Assembly: GCF_009914755.1 (NCBI RefSeq)
Contig: NC_060937.1
Strand: one strand, 5' to 3'
From: the human T2T-CHM13v2.0 reference genome, Homo sapiens
Length of the DNA: 64,000 bases
This document shows, in pieces, positions 27,184-44,526 of this stretch. Every line of letters begins with the position of its first letter. Position 1 is the stretch's first letter. Both the position numbers and the translations under genes were made by a program. Under the pieces are notes generated by a model. The model was given only the letters and a program-made list of their open reading frames with translations, made no database searches and was not told where the DNA came from.

Positions 27184-28681
27184 TTACTTTTGATATATAA
27201 CCTATGTCAGCAACTTGTTTTATTTTTTAAAAACTAAATTTTCACTTTTTTTCAGCTTGTCTCTCTAGCTTAAAACATCTAATTAGCTCTAACTTTAGCT
27301 TTTTTAAAAAAGAAAAGGCATTCTTTAGAAATAGGCAGAAAATTTATTTTTTTCTGCTAGATTGTGGTTTCTTTGAAGATAAAGTATGTTTAAAATTTAT
27401 CTTTGTATCTTTACCACATAGCAAAATAACTGGTAGAATTCACTTTTACAAAATATCCTGTAAATTATTTAAGTCCTTCAAGGAGAAGTATTGTTATGTA
27501 ATTATTTATTATGACTAAACAATTCAAGTACAAACAATCTTAATCTGGATTTTCACACAGTCTCCAGCTGAACATGCCATAAAAATAAAAAAAATTTACA
27601 ATAAAATTCTTACCTATTAATTACATTTATACAAAACCAATTACAGTGCATTAGATATTTAAGGGGTACAATTTGTATCGTATTTTTATTACAGTGTTGT
27701 TAAAAACTAATATGTGTTTTGTTAATTTTATGTCTTTTCACTAAAATCAATGTATTTTAAAAAACAAAAGAGATGTGGCATGTACAAGGCATACATTTAC
27801 TCCCCAAACAGAATACATAGAACTTGACAGTAGAGGACTCTATCAGCAACTTCCTTCCTTTCTTACTTTCTTTTTTTTTCTTTCTGCAAGGAAAAGTTAT
27901 GTCCAATATATGCTAAGCATTTTGCCATGGGTCTAATAAATTAAAAACAATTAGTATATTTTATGATTATATGTCCTAGTGGATATTGAAGAAATTTGAG
28001 TCCTTATATCACATTCAAGGGGCTTATGCAGTAGTCCTTGAGACCAACTAAATGCTCAGTTGTGTGACTCACTCTACAAATATAGTAGTTGTTCCCATAA
28101 GGAAGAAAATATTGAAATGTGCTATCAGGAAGGTCAAGTTGAACTCAGTCCTGAAGGCTGGCTAGTGTTTAAGGAAATGGAGACAGGCCAGAAGAAGACT
28201 TAATGTTCTGAGGTAAGAGAAATATGTTAAAGTATGTGTGAAAGTAACATAAAAAGTGTGCTAGAGCTAGGTATATAACCCTCAGGACCTTGGATCCTAG
28301 GTTGTTCTAGATCCTAGGGTGACATAATGAAAGTTGTGTTTCTCCAGTAGGAGGTATGAGTTGTATTGCAGGAAAGGAATTAGAATAAGAGAAAATAGCT
28401 GGGAAACAAATCTGAGTGAAGCTTGAAGATGTTACATGGAAAGAAACATTGGGTTTTAAAAATAGATGAGTAAGACTTCCTCTACACACATGGCTAAGTC
28501 AACATTTTTTTTTTCTGAAAATCCATTAAGAGCATCAGGAGAATAAAAAATAAATCCTGTAAACTTTCTATTTGGTGAAACTAAATAAGAAGTATTCCCT
28601 GTAGATTCAAAAATACAGAGAAGATGCAAAAAGTACAAAAAGGAAAATTGGATAATGAGAGGATTTTTGAGGAGCAGAAAA

Positions 28682-30368
<1,687 letters not shown>

Positions 30369-30814
30369 GTTTTGTTCATTTTTAAATCAAGGAGTTCAAG
30401 GCATCTGTCAGAAAGCATGGCAAAGACGAAGCACATACCCTGCAAGAGGACATCTATTTTTTTCCTATTTGCAGTGCCAGAATAAGGCACATCCATGCCA
30501 GCACCAGCTGGGACCTGCTTTTATTCAGAGAATAGAGGGGGCAAGGATAGGGCTTCACCAGAACCTCACAGATGAGCCCGATTTACATGAGGAAAATATC
30601 AAGATTATCCCAAGATTTGGACCATTGATTAAAGTTTAGCAGACAAACATGGTTTAAACAGCCATTGGATTTTCCAGAGAAGGTGTTACATTTTCTTCTC
30701 TCCACTGGCTCTGATGCAGTTTCTGCAGCACACGCGATGCCAACCTGCTGCCGAGAATGCTGTTTACACACAGCAAGCAGTCCAACTGCCTGATCTGTCA
30801 CCGTCTAACTCTAT

Positions 30815-30920
30815 TCTGGGGTGAGGCACTTAACCTTTTTCAGTCTCATTTTCCTCACAGCAAAGGCTAGCGTTTGCCAGATGGTTTCTCAGATCTCTCC
30901 CATTTCTGAAGGTCTATTAA
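30815..30920 (+). mobile_element. MIR3-like
   Basis: CACTTAACCTTTTTCAGTCTCATTTTCCTCA...CCAGATGGTTTCTCAGATCTCTCCCATTTCTG. Confidence 0.6.
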
Positions 30921-31424
30921 TCCTACCCCTGATCACTCATTAGCATCTGCTATAACGGCAGGTTGCATGGAATTTTATTTCTTTAGGATAAAGCTGCTGT
31001 GATCTTTAAACTATTTTTGCATGTTAAATGATCTCAGTTTGGAGGAAGATTTTTTTTTAACTCTAGAGGAGCTCTTCAATTATAAGATACTGTGTAATTC
31101 TTCCTTGTAACATAGATACATAAAATAATATTTGGTAACTTTATTTACATTTTTCTTCACTTATATTTAATATCTTTCCAGATAATACTCCACAAATAGC
31201 ATTTTTCAGTTGTGAGACACAAAGCTTTTTTCTACTATGAAATGTCACATTTTTATTCCAGTTTCCACTACTTTAAGATACAGTTTTAAGATACAATTTT
31301 AGATTATTTTGCAATGCAATTTATTGGAGTTAAGAGTTTCTCAGAAAAAGAGTGTCTTGGCACACTTGGTTTTTGTCATCTTATTTTTATTATTTTTGTC
31401 ACATGTTAAATTCAGGGGAGGTGT

Positions 31425-31630
31425 GAGAATAGCTATTATATGTTAGGTAGCACTAAGTGCTGTGTATATATCGTTTCAACTAACAGTTGCAGTAAGAGGG
31501 AAGCAGTGGTGTCATCAGTGTTCTGAGGAGGAAAATGAGACTTAAGAAGGTTAAATAACTCAATCAAAGTTATACAATTTATCACTCAGATCTGACTGGA
31601 GAGACCAGGACATTTCTATTACCCCTCATG
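31425..31630 (-). mobile_element. MIR
   Basis: GAGGAAAATGAGACTTAAGAAGGTTAAATAACTCAATCAAAGTTATACA. Confidence 0.65.
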
Positions 31631-33262
31631 CTTTGGTGCAGACGACATATCTTCCTTCAAATCCAGAGTTTTATGTGTTGCTTAAGACCCACTCCACCAT
31701 ACATATGATATGAGGTGAACCAATTATATCAAATGATACCAGCTTAAACATTTACTGAGTCCATCTTTTATGTCTGCCATGAACATTTCCATATTTTTAC
31801 ACCAAAAATTATAGATAGGTTTTGCAGATACAATTTTATAGAGTTAGGAATAAATTTGTGGATAAGTAAATAATAAACTCCATATTTTTTTTGTACAAAT
31901 CTGTCTTCTTTGGTGCTATTTTTATCTTCATCCATTAACCCTAAAGAAAGAGAAGTTTCAATGAATGCACACTGACTGCATTTATTTCCCATCAATTTCA
32001 CCATGATTAACATAGTTTACTGATGGGTTCATAGTTAAGAATACCTTGACTCAAGAATACCTGCATGGTATAAAATTTATTCTATTTACAATTATGGAGA
32101 AATTTTAAAGGTACATTTTGCATAATATATTGAACATATTGTTATTAATAGAAATAGAAACTTTCAAAAATTACTTTAAAGCATGTAATTATATAGCATA
32201 TCATGATAGAATTAGAATATGCTCAACGTGTGTTTGTTTATGGGCTCCAAATTTCTTGCTCAACATTATTAGAGGAACTTTATAATTATTTGGATATATA
32301 TATCAATATACAAAGATAAAAAGATTTACATATGTTTATGTAAACTATATATTTAAACAATGTATATTTAAATGTTATATATCTATACATATTAAAACTA
32401 AACATAATGAAAGAAGAAGAAAATACATTAATAACAATGACCAGTAAAGTGATTGTGACAGATGGTACATTCATCTATGTTTCTTAAAAACCAATATAAG
32501 GAGGGAAGCCAGAATTTGCAAAATTAGTTTTCTCCAAAAAGTAGAAAAAGGATCAGATTTTCAAAGGGCAGACACAATTTACTAAAGTGATCAACTCTAA
32601 ACAAGCTTTTCATGTGATTATTTATTTGAGGCATGAGAATACACATTGCATAAAAGTGTATGTTAAGAAATGATTACAATTTTTATAGCATACAATTTTT
32701 ATAGCAAATATAGAAGCATTTTATGCAGCTATCCAAAATTCAAGAAATTCTATTGGAATATTGCTTTCTGATGAGAAAATCTTAGACATGAATGAACTAT
32801 GTACAATTTAGACATACAGATGAAGATTATATTCTTTAAGATATTTTAACATTAGTTTTTGAGCTAGATGTCAGATAATTTGATGGTATGCTTTGACTTG
32901 ACTTACAGCGTTTATAGGCTATGCTACTTAAGGACAGATGTCCTATATACTTAAAAAAATTGGGTTATCTATTATGCTATCTTATAGGAGAGTCAACACT
33001 TCATTTTGAAACTTGAAAACCAAACCATGTGTATATTTTTTTAATCCGAGGTGGATGGCCACATCATTTCCACATGGATTGAATCACTAAGATTCCTTCA
33101 AGCAAAACCATTCTTTGTCTTTTTTTTTCTGAAAAAGTCATTTTGATTTCATTTCAGCATTTGAACAACAGCTGAATAAAATCAGAGTTCCATACTGACA
33201 GCAGTGCAGGTTTTTATAAGAAAACATTAGTCCAATGACGTTCATTAAAAAGTTCTATTGTC

Positions 33263-33640
33263 TGAATCTAGATGACATTATGCTAAGTGTAATAAGCCAG
33301 ACACAGAAGGATAAATACTGCATGATCTCACTTATATGTGGAATCTAAAAAGTCAAACTCACAGAAGTAGAAAGCAGAATGGTGGTTACCAGAGGATGGG
33401 GGAGGGGTGGGTGATGAAAGGCGATATGATTACTGCGTACACACGATAATAATGTGTTGTAGATTTCAAAATTGCTAGAAGAGGACACTTTAAATGTTCT
33501 CACCACAAAGGAATGATACAAATGTGAGGTGACAGATATGTTAATTAGCCTGATTTAATCACTCCACAGTGTATAGAGGTATCATAACATCATATTATAC
33601 CCCATAAATACGTATTATTTGTTAATTAAAAATATAAATA
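33263..33640 (+). mobile_element. L1MA (MA6-9-like) 3' end
   Basis: CATTATGCTAAGTGTAATAAGCCAGACACAGAAGG...TGTTCTCACCACAAAG...TAGCCTGATTTAATC. Confidence 0.85.
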
Positions 33641-34675
33641 TAGTAGTAATAGTAGTAGTATTTTTGTCTGCTAGAATAATTTCAATGGTGAATGAGCCTT
33701 GCGTATCAGGACAAACTGACTTAGTGTTTGCTTTAGAAAATGGCGATTTTGATGGTAATAAAAATAAGCATAGAATGATAACAAAATTATGGATCACTCC
33801 AGGTCCCTCCTAGTTAGGTATATAAAATCACAACCTGAAGTCATAAAGACTCTTGCCTCCCTGTCTGATCTCAGAGACATTTTTTCATTCAATTCATTTC
33901 TAAATAGCTTTAGACCATTACGGTGTAAGGAAAATGTGGTTAAGAGACTGGTTTACAATGTATCACTTGAGATTTTGACTTTTTACTTCCAATACACTGT
34001 TTATGGTAAAATTCTTATGGAAGCACTAATTCTTATGGAAGCATTAAAGTGTGCATTTTATAGAAGCTATAATAATTAGGGCTTTTGACCATATTTCTCT
34101 TCTAATCAAAGGTCAGTGATAGAGTAATTAAAAATTTGTGAAGTTTTATGTTGCACTTGGTAAATCACTTCATGAGGTTTAAGCAGTTGTTGGTGGTAGG
34201 ATGGTGGTACCTGGAAATTCTCTGGTTCTTGCTGTGAGGTATGGGGTTAATACCGTAAAAAGTAAAGCTGACATAAAAACGTTGAGTGAATATCAAACAA
34301 TCCCGATGTATTCAGTAAGGAGAGTATTACTGCTTCTGAAAATGAGGCAGATTACATTTTGATTCAGTTGAGACAAGAGGGTACTGAATATGAGGTGCTA
34401 ATTAAAAGTCTGGTGTTCACCATGCTAAATAGTCTTCAAACTGTTCAGGCTGTCCTTCCTAATAAAAGCTGGAGAAACGAGGCCTCCATTTCCCAAAGGT
34501 AGGACAGCACTTTCAGTTTCCATCTGTCAATAATGCTTTGTGATCGGATATGTGAGCAAGCCTTTCTCAAATGGCTTTTGAAGAAACTCTTAGAAGTTGT
34601 TTGAACATCATAAGACTGCTTAGAGAGCTAATAAGGACCTGGAAATATTTCACCTTTTTCTTCGGAGCTTTTCAG

Positions 34676-34752
34676 ACAGTGTTGGTGTCGTTTGAAGACG
34701 ATTAAAGAGAGGGAAAGGATAATGGGCAGAAATTCATGTCCGTCTTAAGAAA
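34676..34752 (+). other. Candidate non-coding exon
   Basis: Acceptor CACCTTTTTCTTCGGAGCTTTTCAG| and donor AAA|GTAAGT; stop codons in all three frames. Confidence 0.25.
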
Positions 34753-34914
34753 GTAAGTAAGCACAGGATGACTTCTGAATAATCAAACTGGAAATCTAAA
34801 GTGCATTGGTATACATTAATATAAGTTTATGCTTATAGATGAGTCTGGCTGGATGCTTTATTTTTACTTTCATAGGCTTATTCCTAAACACAAGATTAAA
34901 GAGAAAATGATGTT

Positions 34915-35170
34915 CTAATTGATGCAAATATTGAGCATTTATTATGTATTAGTCACTGTTCTACACATTTTTGTGCATTCTTTAATTCTTACAGACATAC
35001 ACACAAAGAAATATATGATGTAGGTACTATTGTTATCTTTATTTCACAGGTGAAGAAACTGAATCACATAGAGGTAAAATAACTTGCTGAATACCTAAAA
35101 CTAGCATGTAAAAGAGGCAACACTCTGACTCTAGAGTCGTATTTTTAACTGCTGGGCTACACTGCCTCTC
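34915..35170 (-). mobile_element. MIR, near full length
   Basis: ATTGAGCATTTATTATGT...GTAGGTACTATTGTTATC...ACAGGTGAAGAAACTGA...ACACTGCCTCT. Confidence 0.8.
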
Positions 35171-36199
35171 AGTATTGCCTAGATGTAGGTTTAGTTTTGA
35201 GAACACAAAGGAGACTTGTGAACTTTAAATTCCCTCCCCGAAAAAACATTATTTGTTCAATGAAGAAGATATATGCAGTTTAAATGTCTCTCTAATGGAT
35301 GCAGGAGCTTTAAATAGGCTTGATGTGCTTTGGGGAGATGCACACACAAGCTAGATTATGAGATATCCAGTAAAGGAGAGTTCAATAAAAAAGAAGAAAC
35401 AAGTTCCTGGACCAACGAACTCAGAGTTTATTCCTCTATTACAAATTGAAATTAATGTTTCTAGATTAACTTTCCCACCTTTTTTTTCTGAATATTCCTT
35501 AATATAAAATGGGTCTAAGTGTTTTTGAGCTAACATTGACAGTATGAAATCCAACTCTTTATAGGCGAAAATAGTACAAAACATGGGGGAGAGGCAGCTA
35601 ATAAATTGGTTGATTCAATTATGGATTTAAGAATTCATCAGACAAGATTCCAGGTGTTGGAAACCAGATAATACAAAGCTATTGCTTCCCTTCAAGGGAA
35701 ACAAGCATACAAGCAGCATATTACAACTTCACAAGAGAAACGCTTAAATAAAGCTGTGCAGGAAGTGAAGTGGGAATAGAGAAAAGGTCTGTCTCACTCC
35801 AGAAGAGTGTTCTTGGTTGTTTGGAATGCAGATTTAGAGAGCCTGTTAGTCTGGGGAGAAACAGTAACTTGTCTTTTCATTTCTGCTCATCTGTATTGGG
35901 TAAGCAAAATGTCTGATCTGAAACAAATCAAATAGACATGAGCTGGGGATTTCCCAGGTTCTGAGAAAAGACAGGAATATAAATACATTGGACTTGTTGC
36001 ACATGATTATTTGGAAACTATTTGTATTTACATAAGCAAAATATTCCATACTTTTACGAGAAGAATACTTACTTCATTTTTATATCACGTTTTTGCATAC
36101 ATAGGATTAATGAAACACACACAAACACACACATACAGGCCATGTGTTTTTAGATGGAAACTGGGGAAAGAACACAGCAGAACTGACTGAGCACTTTCA

Positions 36200-36570
36200 C
36201 TTTTTTTGCACCCTTGCAATCATGCTCTAGCCAAGAATTTCCCACAGTCCCTTGCAAAGCATCAAGTGTCATCCTGTACCCATTCCCTCTCCACTTAGAA
36301 AAACCACCTTCAGTCTTTGCCTTGCTGTTTTCTCAGTACTCTGTCCAGGCATCACTGCCTCCAGAGAGCCTCCTCCTTTCCCTCCACTGTCTTGTCTAGG
36401 GATATGCCCATGGCGTCCTATTCCTATCGCACAAATTATCACTCTGTCTTAAAATTGTCTAACTGTTCCATGATGTCTTATATTTATTTTTTGTTTTCCA
36501 GTGCTGGATACAGGGTGGGGTGCATAGGACAGGTCAAGATACATGTATAGAATAAATGAGTGAGCAGTTG
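36200..36570 (+). mobile_element. L2 3' fragment
   Basis: CATCACTGCCTCCAGAGAGCCTCCTCC...GAATAAATGAGTGA. Confidence 0.55.
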
Positions 36571-36647
36571 TTACTAATTTTGTTAAAGACATTTTTACAT
36601 TATTTAAAACATCCAAGTAGGTTATCTTAAGGTCTCCTTCCTCTCTA

Positions 36648-36781
36648 ATTTTTTTTTCTTTTCTTTTTGAGATGGAATATCGCTCTGTCACCCAGGCTGG
36701 AGTGCAGTGGTGCGATCTCAGCTCACTGCAACCTCCACCTCCCAGGTTTAAGTAATTCTCTGCCTCAACCTCCCAAGTATC
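36648..36781 (-). mobile_element. Alu right-arm fragment
   Basis: T tail plus GAGATGGAATATCGCTCTGTCACCCAGGCTGGAGTGCAGTGG...CCCAAGTA. Confidence 0.9.
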
Positions 36782-37797
36782 TAAATTTCTATACCATTTT
36801 TAATATCATTATTAGAGTGTTTTCTAACAAGATATGAGAAGTGAAAGGAAATCTATTTATTAACTAGTTCAAACATTTATTTCACCAATGAACAAACAGA
36901 GCAGAAAAGTTAAATCATTAATCTAAGGTCTATCATATGGTTAGCATTATGATTAAGACTAGAATTCTTATCTACCAATTTACTTTATGGGGCTCTACTT
37001 GATTCACATTATATAATTGCTGAGTTGGAGTATGACATTTTAACTCATTTTAAAGCCTTAAATCTTGTCTGTACAATTGTTCTATTTGTATAGTGCAGAA
37101 TAGACAGAAAGTAAAAATTTGTTTAATTGAACTTCTTGTAACTTCTATGTTTAAAACCCAATTTCCCACGTCTCTTGCAAAGACTTTCATTATGGTAAAC
37201 AGCAAAAGGGGAATTCACATAGGAATTAAGTTTATAACAATAAAAGTAGGGGTTCCCAAATACAAATTTTATTACTACCTTGTAATAATTTATATCATAC
37301 TGAGACAATGAGGTACATGTGTAAACTCACAACTCATACTAAATATGAAAATTGTTTTTTCTTTATCATGACAAAGTGTCTAAAGAATATGAAAATGGTA
37401 TTAATAGTTATAGTCTGGTGAATATTTTATAACTATCAGAAATGAGTTGAGGTGTTACATAAAACAAAGGCTAGTATTATAGAACTGGAACAACTTTTGT
37501 GCTCATAACAATTTTTAAAAGGTAATTTTCCCTGAACTTGAACTAAATCACTCAGCTTGTTCGTGTTTTACTCAACCTTAGGGCATGTTTAAGGATCACG
37601 TTTAATTATAGGAGGAAAGATGAATATACACATGCACATATAAATGGTCCCATTAAAAGAGGTCTACTATATAACAGCGAAAATATTAATATGGATATTT
37701 ATTATTTGCTCTGCAATAGTAAATCGGTTTGTATTTCACAGCAGATTGCAAGAAATTCAAACTTGTATTTTATAACATAATTGAACACGATATTGAC

Positions 37798-37890
37798 TTT
37801 CTTTTTTTAAATTTTTTTATTATACCTTAAGTTCTGGGATACATGTGCAGAACGTGCAGTTTTGTTACATAGGTATATATGTGCCATGGT
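37798..37890 (-). mobile_element. L1PA7/8-like extreme 3' end
   Basis: TTATACCTTAAGTTCTGGGATACATGTGCAGAACGTGCAG...GTGCCATGGTG. Confidence 0.85.
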
Positions 37891-39039
37891 GATTATATTT
37901 TCTATGTATTTTCTCCTTTTATTTGAACATGAGTTTAGATAGCCCTAAAACATCCAGGTCTAAGAGAAGAGAAAAACTCAGAAAAAAACAGAAAGGCAAA
38001 CTATAATAAGAAAGCATGATATGGGAGCAGAAGGTGCCTGGCCTCACACTGTCCTCTCTGTTCAGCATCTTCTCCCTCAACCACTGCTGAGCAGTAGCTT
38101 TCTCATTGCAATCATTTCTACACCACCTTTAAAAAAGAAATAAGTATTTTTTACTGTATGTCTGAAAAACAATCTGATTATGCAATTTTAACCTTCACAA
38201 TGACTCAAGGACATCCTATTAACGTGGGTGTAAATATTAGGGCTCTTAGATATTAAAAGGGCTTTAGGGGACTTTGCTTGCCCCTCTAGATGTCATTGGG
38301 TTGACAGAGAACATCAGTTTTCATCAGCTATTATAGACCTGCTAATCATGTGTGAGAAGAAGCAAGTTGCTTTGATGAGAGATTAAAATGGAGGGAGACA
38401 GGTTTGGGAATGGGAGGCCTCTTTCTCGAGTTTGTATCAGAGGATGTAGGAGATGGAGACTGACTGTCATGTGACGGGAAACACAGTGAGCCCCTCTCCA
38501 TGCAGCTGGGAGGGCAGCCGTGTCCTTATCGGGGCTAGAAAAATGGACAGTGCCCTCAGCCACAACATGGAAGGGGATGTGGACATGAGATTCTGATGTA
38601 AGTCCTATAGGGAGGGAGGGTCAGAAACAGGTACTTTATACACTAAACTCAATGATTAGTTTGTCTGTATTTCTTTATTTTTATTTTATAGCTTTCTATA
38701 GTTTTAATCATGTTTTTAAATATATCAGACTCCCTCTACTTAAGAGGCCCAGGAAAGCCATTTTTGCTCCAATTTGGAGATGAAATTTAGGTGGAGCATG
38801 CACCTGTGAGCAACAGCCTGCAGATGGATGTGGCCAATACTTTCTGCACACCAGGAAAGAAAGGGAAGCTCCAAAGAAACACGCTGAGGTCTTTTGGTTA
38901 CTTATCTCTCCCTATTTATAGGTAAGCCATCCAGGCTAGAACCCTGGAGTCCTTTTATTGCATTTATAATAAGGAACGTACATCTGGCAGAGTCAGAGCA
39001 AGAAAACTTAGTTAATTAGCTGGCAGAGAGTTATTTATA

Positions 39040-39105
39040 AATATGCATATATTATATATAAATACACATATACATATATATAGAGAGAGAGGGAGAGAGA
39101 ATGAG
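39040..39105. repeat. (TA)n/(GA)n compound simple repeat
   Basis: Direct reading of the sequence. Confidence 0.75.
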
Positions 39106-39529
39106 AGTAATTAGGAGAATTTCAAGGAGTTGCAGGCGCTAACGAGTTATTTTACAGTGACTTTAAGACAACTTTATGAGTATTTGATTATTCAAAAAAT
39201 CACTTTTGTGAGGATTTGTGTGAATGTCTATGTGTTAGATCACAGTAAAGAAGCTCAGGCATTTGCATGCTTGATTCACAATGAGACTCAAAATGTGGAG
39301 CTGGAGGGTGAAATAAGTGCTCACCTGTTCCCAGACTCGCCACAATAGGTGGTTCTGTTTTTATAGAAAGTGAGTGATGCAGAAATATTTTGACAGCACA
39401 TCTATTTAATCATTGTGTTCCTTTGGACTTAGATTCCAGGTAATTTGGACCCTCTTAACTGGTGGCTAGCATGGATGAAGTATTGTTTTAAAAATGCAAA
39501 TGAAGGTACATGTATGAATGGAAGCATAT

Positions 39530-39890
39530 TTTGTACAGAAACCATGGATTTGGGATTCTGAATGATCAGGAATGAAATGTTAGGCCCATAACTTCCTCCT
39601 GTGTGAACTTGGGCATATTACTCCTTCTGTATTTATTTTAGATTTTTCACCCTTAAAATGAGTAGAATAATACCATCTTAATCTTTCCCTTCACTTCTAT
39701 CCCCTTCTCTTTCCAGGAATATTTATTGGAAGTTTAATCTCTTTCCACTTTGCTGGCTGCTTTAAGATACAATGTTGAGCAAAACCAATGCTACTCCTGG
39801 TCTGCTGGAGATTGTAGTCTAGTAAGGTTGTTATGAAGATTAAATAAGATAACATATATAAGTTAGCTCACGTGCAATGTTTCAATAAGT
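39530..39890 (+). mobile_element. MIR interrupted by an antisense L2 3' fragment (about 39715-39822)
   Basis: MIR core AAAATGAGTAGAATAATACC ... GGTTGTTATGAAGATTAAATAAGATAA flanks ATTTATTG...GGAGATTGTAGTCTAGT. Confidence 0.6.
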
Positions 39891-42509
39891 ATCCAGACCC
39901 TTTCTTCTTATGAAAGGCCTATGAATCTCTTAGGGCATTCTATTCAGAAGATGCAAATACCTCTTGCCAGTTGCCCAAATAGAACAGCTTGTTCAGAGCC
40001 TAGGAGAGTAGGGTCAGTCAATGAATACTTTACAACACCTAAGTAGTTTAACAAATACTTAATTCTTTATCTTTAGATGACTTTATTTTGTTGCTCATTT
40101 GTAGATGAATATCCAGAGTGACAAAAATGTGGAATGCACTATCTGAGGTATAGTAAGATAAATCTTGTAAGTTTAAGCATTTTAGACATCATCGACTCAG
40201 TATTAATTTTGACTTGTATGGAAATGTTATGTCTGAGGGTTCCCAGATTTGCTAATGACACACTTAATTGACAATATAATTGTGACTCTGAAGAGTGTGA
40301 AATTAAAATCTTAAGAAGTATGTAAACTAATTGCATGATTCTTTGTGTGAACAAAGCAGTTTAATTGAATAGTACCTTATTTATGATTGGCTTTTGATAC
40401 CTAGATAATTCTGTTTGGTATCTAATGAAAAAACTGATCTAAAACATTAATAACCATTTGCCCATTTAATAAAAATTGTCAAAAACAGATATTGATCATA
40501 TTTCTAAAAATTATTAAGGGGAATAGAGCAGCATTTCACAACTAGATTCCCAGGATGGTGGTCTGAACAGCACAAACCACATATTTTCATCCATCGTCTA
40601 GATCTTTATTAGGTCTAATGCATTTATAATATTTTTGCAAGTTTATATTTTTATTTATTGCTAGTACCTCAATGCCCAGTAGAGATGATACAACTAACCA
40701 ATAGCCAATAAGATACAGACTTTGAGTTTTGTGTTTCAGGAGTTATGGGTTGCAATGTTTTATTTATACTCGATCACACTGTTTCTCTTCAGCTCCAGTG
40801 TAGTGATTGAAGTCTTGTACCAGGCAGAGGACTAGGTGACTAAGTACTTATGGCATGGGCCACAGAATAGACAAGAATTAATCCTGTGCTTTTTGGACTA
40901 ATGGTCTGGTGTGCTGACCAAATAAGTATTTCAAAACAAATGATTCTCATCAATAGTATTATGTGTTCTCTTAACAGATTGAGGATTTTATTTTTCAAAT
41001 AGGAAATGGCTAATTTATTTTAAACTATGTATCATATTATACTTTCAAATTTCAAACAGTATCTTAAAATGATGTGAATATTTAAGTTTTATAATTTAGC
41101 TTAAAACAGTTATGTAAATTGTATATAGACACTGATGGGATAGAAATCTGCATTGGAACTTTTAATTCCCTTACGTTTTTATAGTGTCATCATAATACAA
41201 TAAAATTACTGCTCTATTGCATTAGAAGTATATGCTCATTAAGGAAATGGCCAGGAAAAAATTATTCATGTACTGAGGGAAATTTTAACATGAGATATTT
41301 TGCCTTAGTGTGTATATCACTTGAACTTCCTTTGAACTCTGTGCAATACTTGCTCTTTATGACAAAGAAAGCTATTGCTCACAAAGTATTGGGTTTGCCT
41401 TTGAAGCAATATCAGGAGATCATTGACAAAAGGCAGAGCTGAGATTAGATGTTGAGGTTTATTGCCTTGCTAAAGTCCCAAAGCTATGTGAAATGTCAGC
41501 TAATTGAAAAAGGTAATTATTCTAAATAACAGCATAAACTGTTTCTTTCTAGGATATGTGTTGCTTTCAAATTAATAGCCATTGATCTGTTTTTTTTTTT
41601 TTTCCCACAATTCTCCTCTGTCCTTTTGTCAAATTATCTAGACATCGGTCCTTGGGACAAAACCCATTGCACCATTTATATTGACCATGGTTTAATGAGT
41701 GACCTGGTCTTCCTGTTTGCATAGATTGTAATAGGCCCATCCATCTGAGAGTCTGTCAGCCAGACTGAGATGTGTAACCTCTATGTATATTTAGTTTCTA
41801 ACTGGGAAGACTTTAAAATGAAAACCAAGTAATTGTGTTACGGTGGCCATTTGCATTTATTTCAGATACTGATCGGGAGGAGTCCTATTAATCACAGTAG
41901 TAATAGATCTTCAAATTATGACCTACTGAGCAAGGTCATCCCATATGAGATGAATAATATATATTCACAATGCTCAGCTTGCTTCTCATGGGCAGTACTT
42001 CATACCAAATGGCTTTTAGGGAAATATGTATGGTATAATTTTTCAGACAAAGAATTAAAATTCCTAGTTGTGATGGTTAAAAAAAAAAAACCTCTCCAGT
42101 GGAAATTAGAAATACATATTCTCAATAGCTATAAAATGAACTACAAGTACACTTTGATTCTGTAAAATTGAGTTACTTTGCAAAATATTTCAGAGTAACA
42201 TAATCCCAAGTCAGGATTCTCTATTGGAATTGTAGACAACCCAAAGATACCTGGGCTTGATCTGTTTTAACAAAGTGAAGAAGACAGGAAGAATATGAGA
42301 AATTATTCAAATATATTCAGAAAAATATCTGCTGAGCTTAGAAGACTAATATACGGTGATTACAGAACAGTTATATTCTGTCCTTAGATCAAGTCTTGTC
42401 ACAAAATCATAAAACCAATTTTCTTCTGGAGTTTGAAGGAAATGAGTACAATTAGTGCTTCCTCTAACTTTATTTTTAACTAGTAAATTATAACCAGGAA
42501 GTATACTCA

Positions 42510-44526
<2,017 letters not shown>

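Noticed and set aside
27157-27200. CTGATGA as a hammerhead core or snoRNA C box (also at about 32768, 56609 and 61321)
   Set aside because: No stem II-GAAA-stem III arrangement, and no properly placed D box with a terminal stem.
38340-38630. GC-richer block with GTCATGTGAC (MiT/TFE M-box-like)
   Set aside because: A single motif; the block may be an old LTR that I cannot assign.
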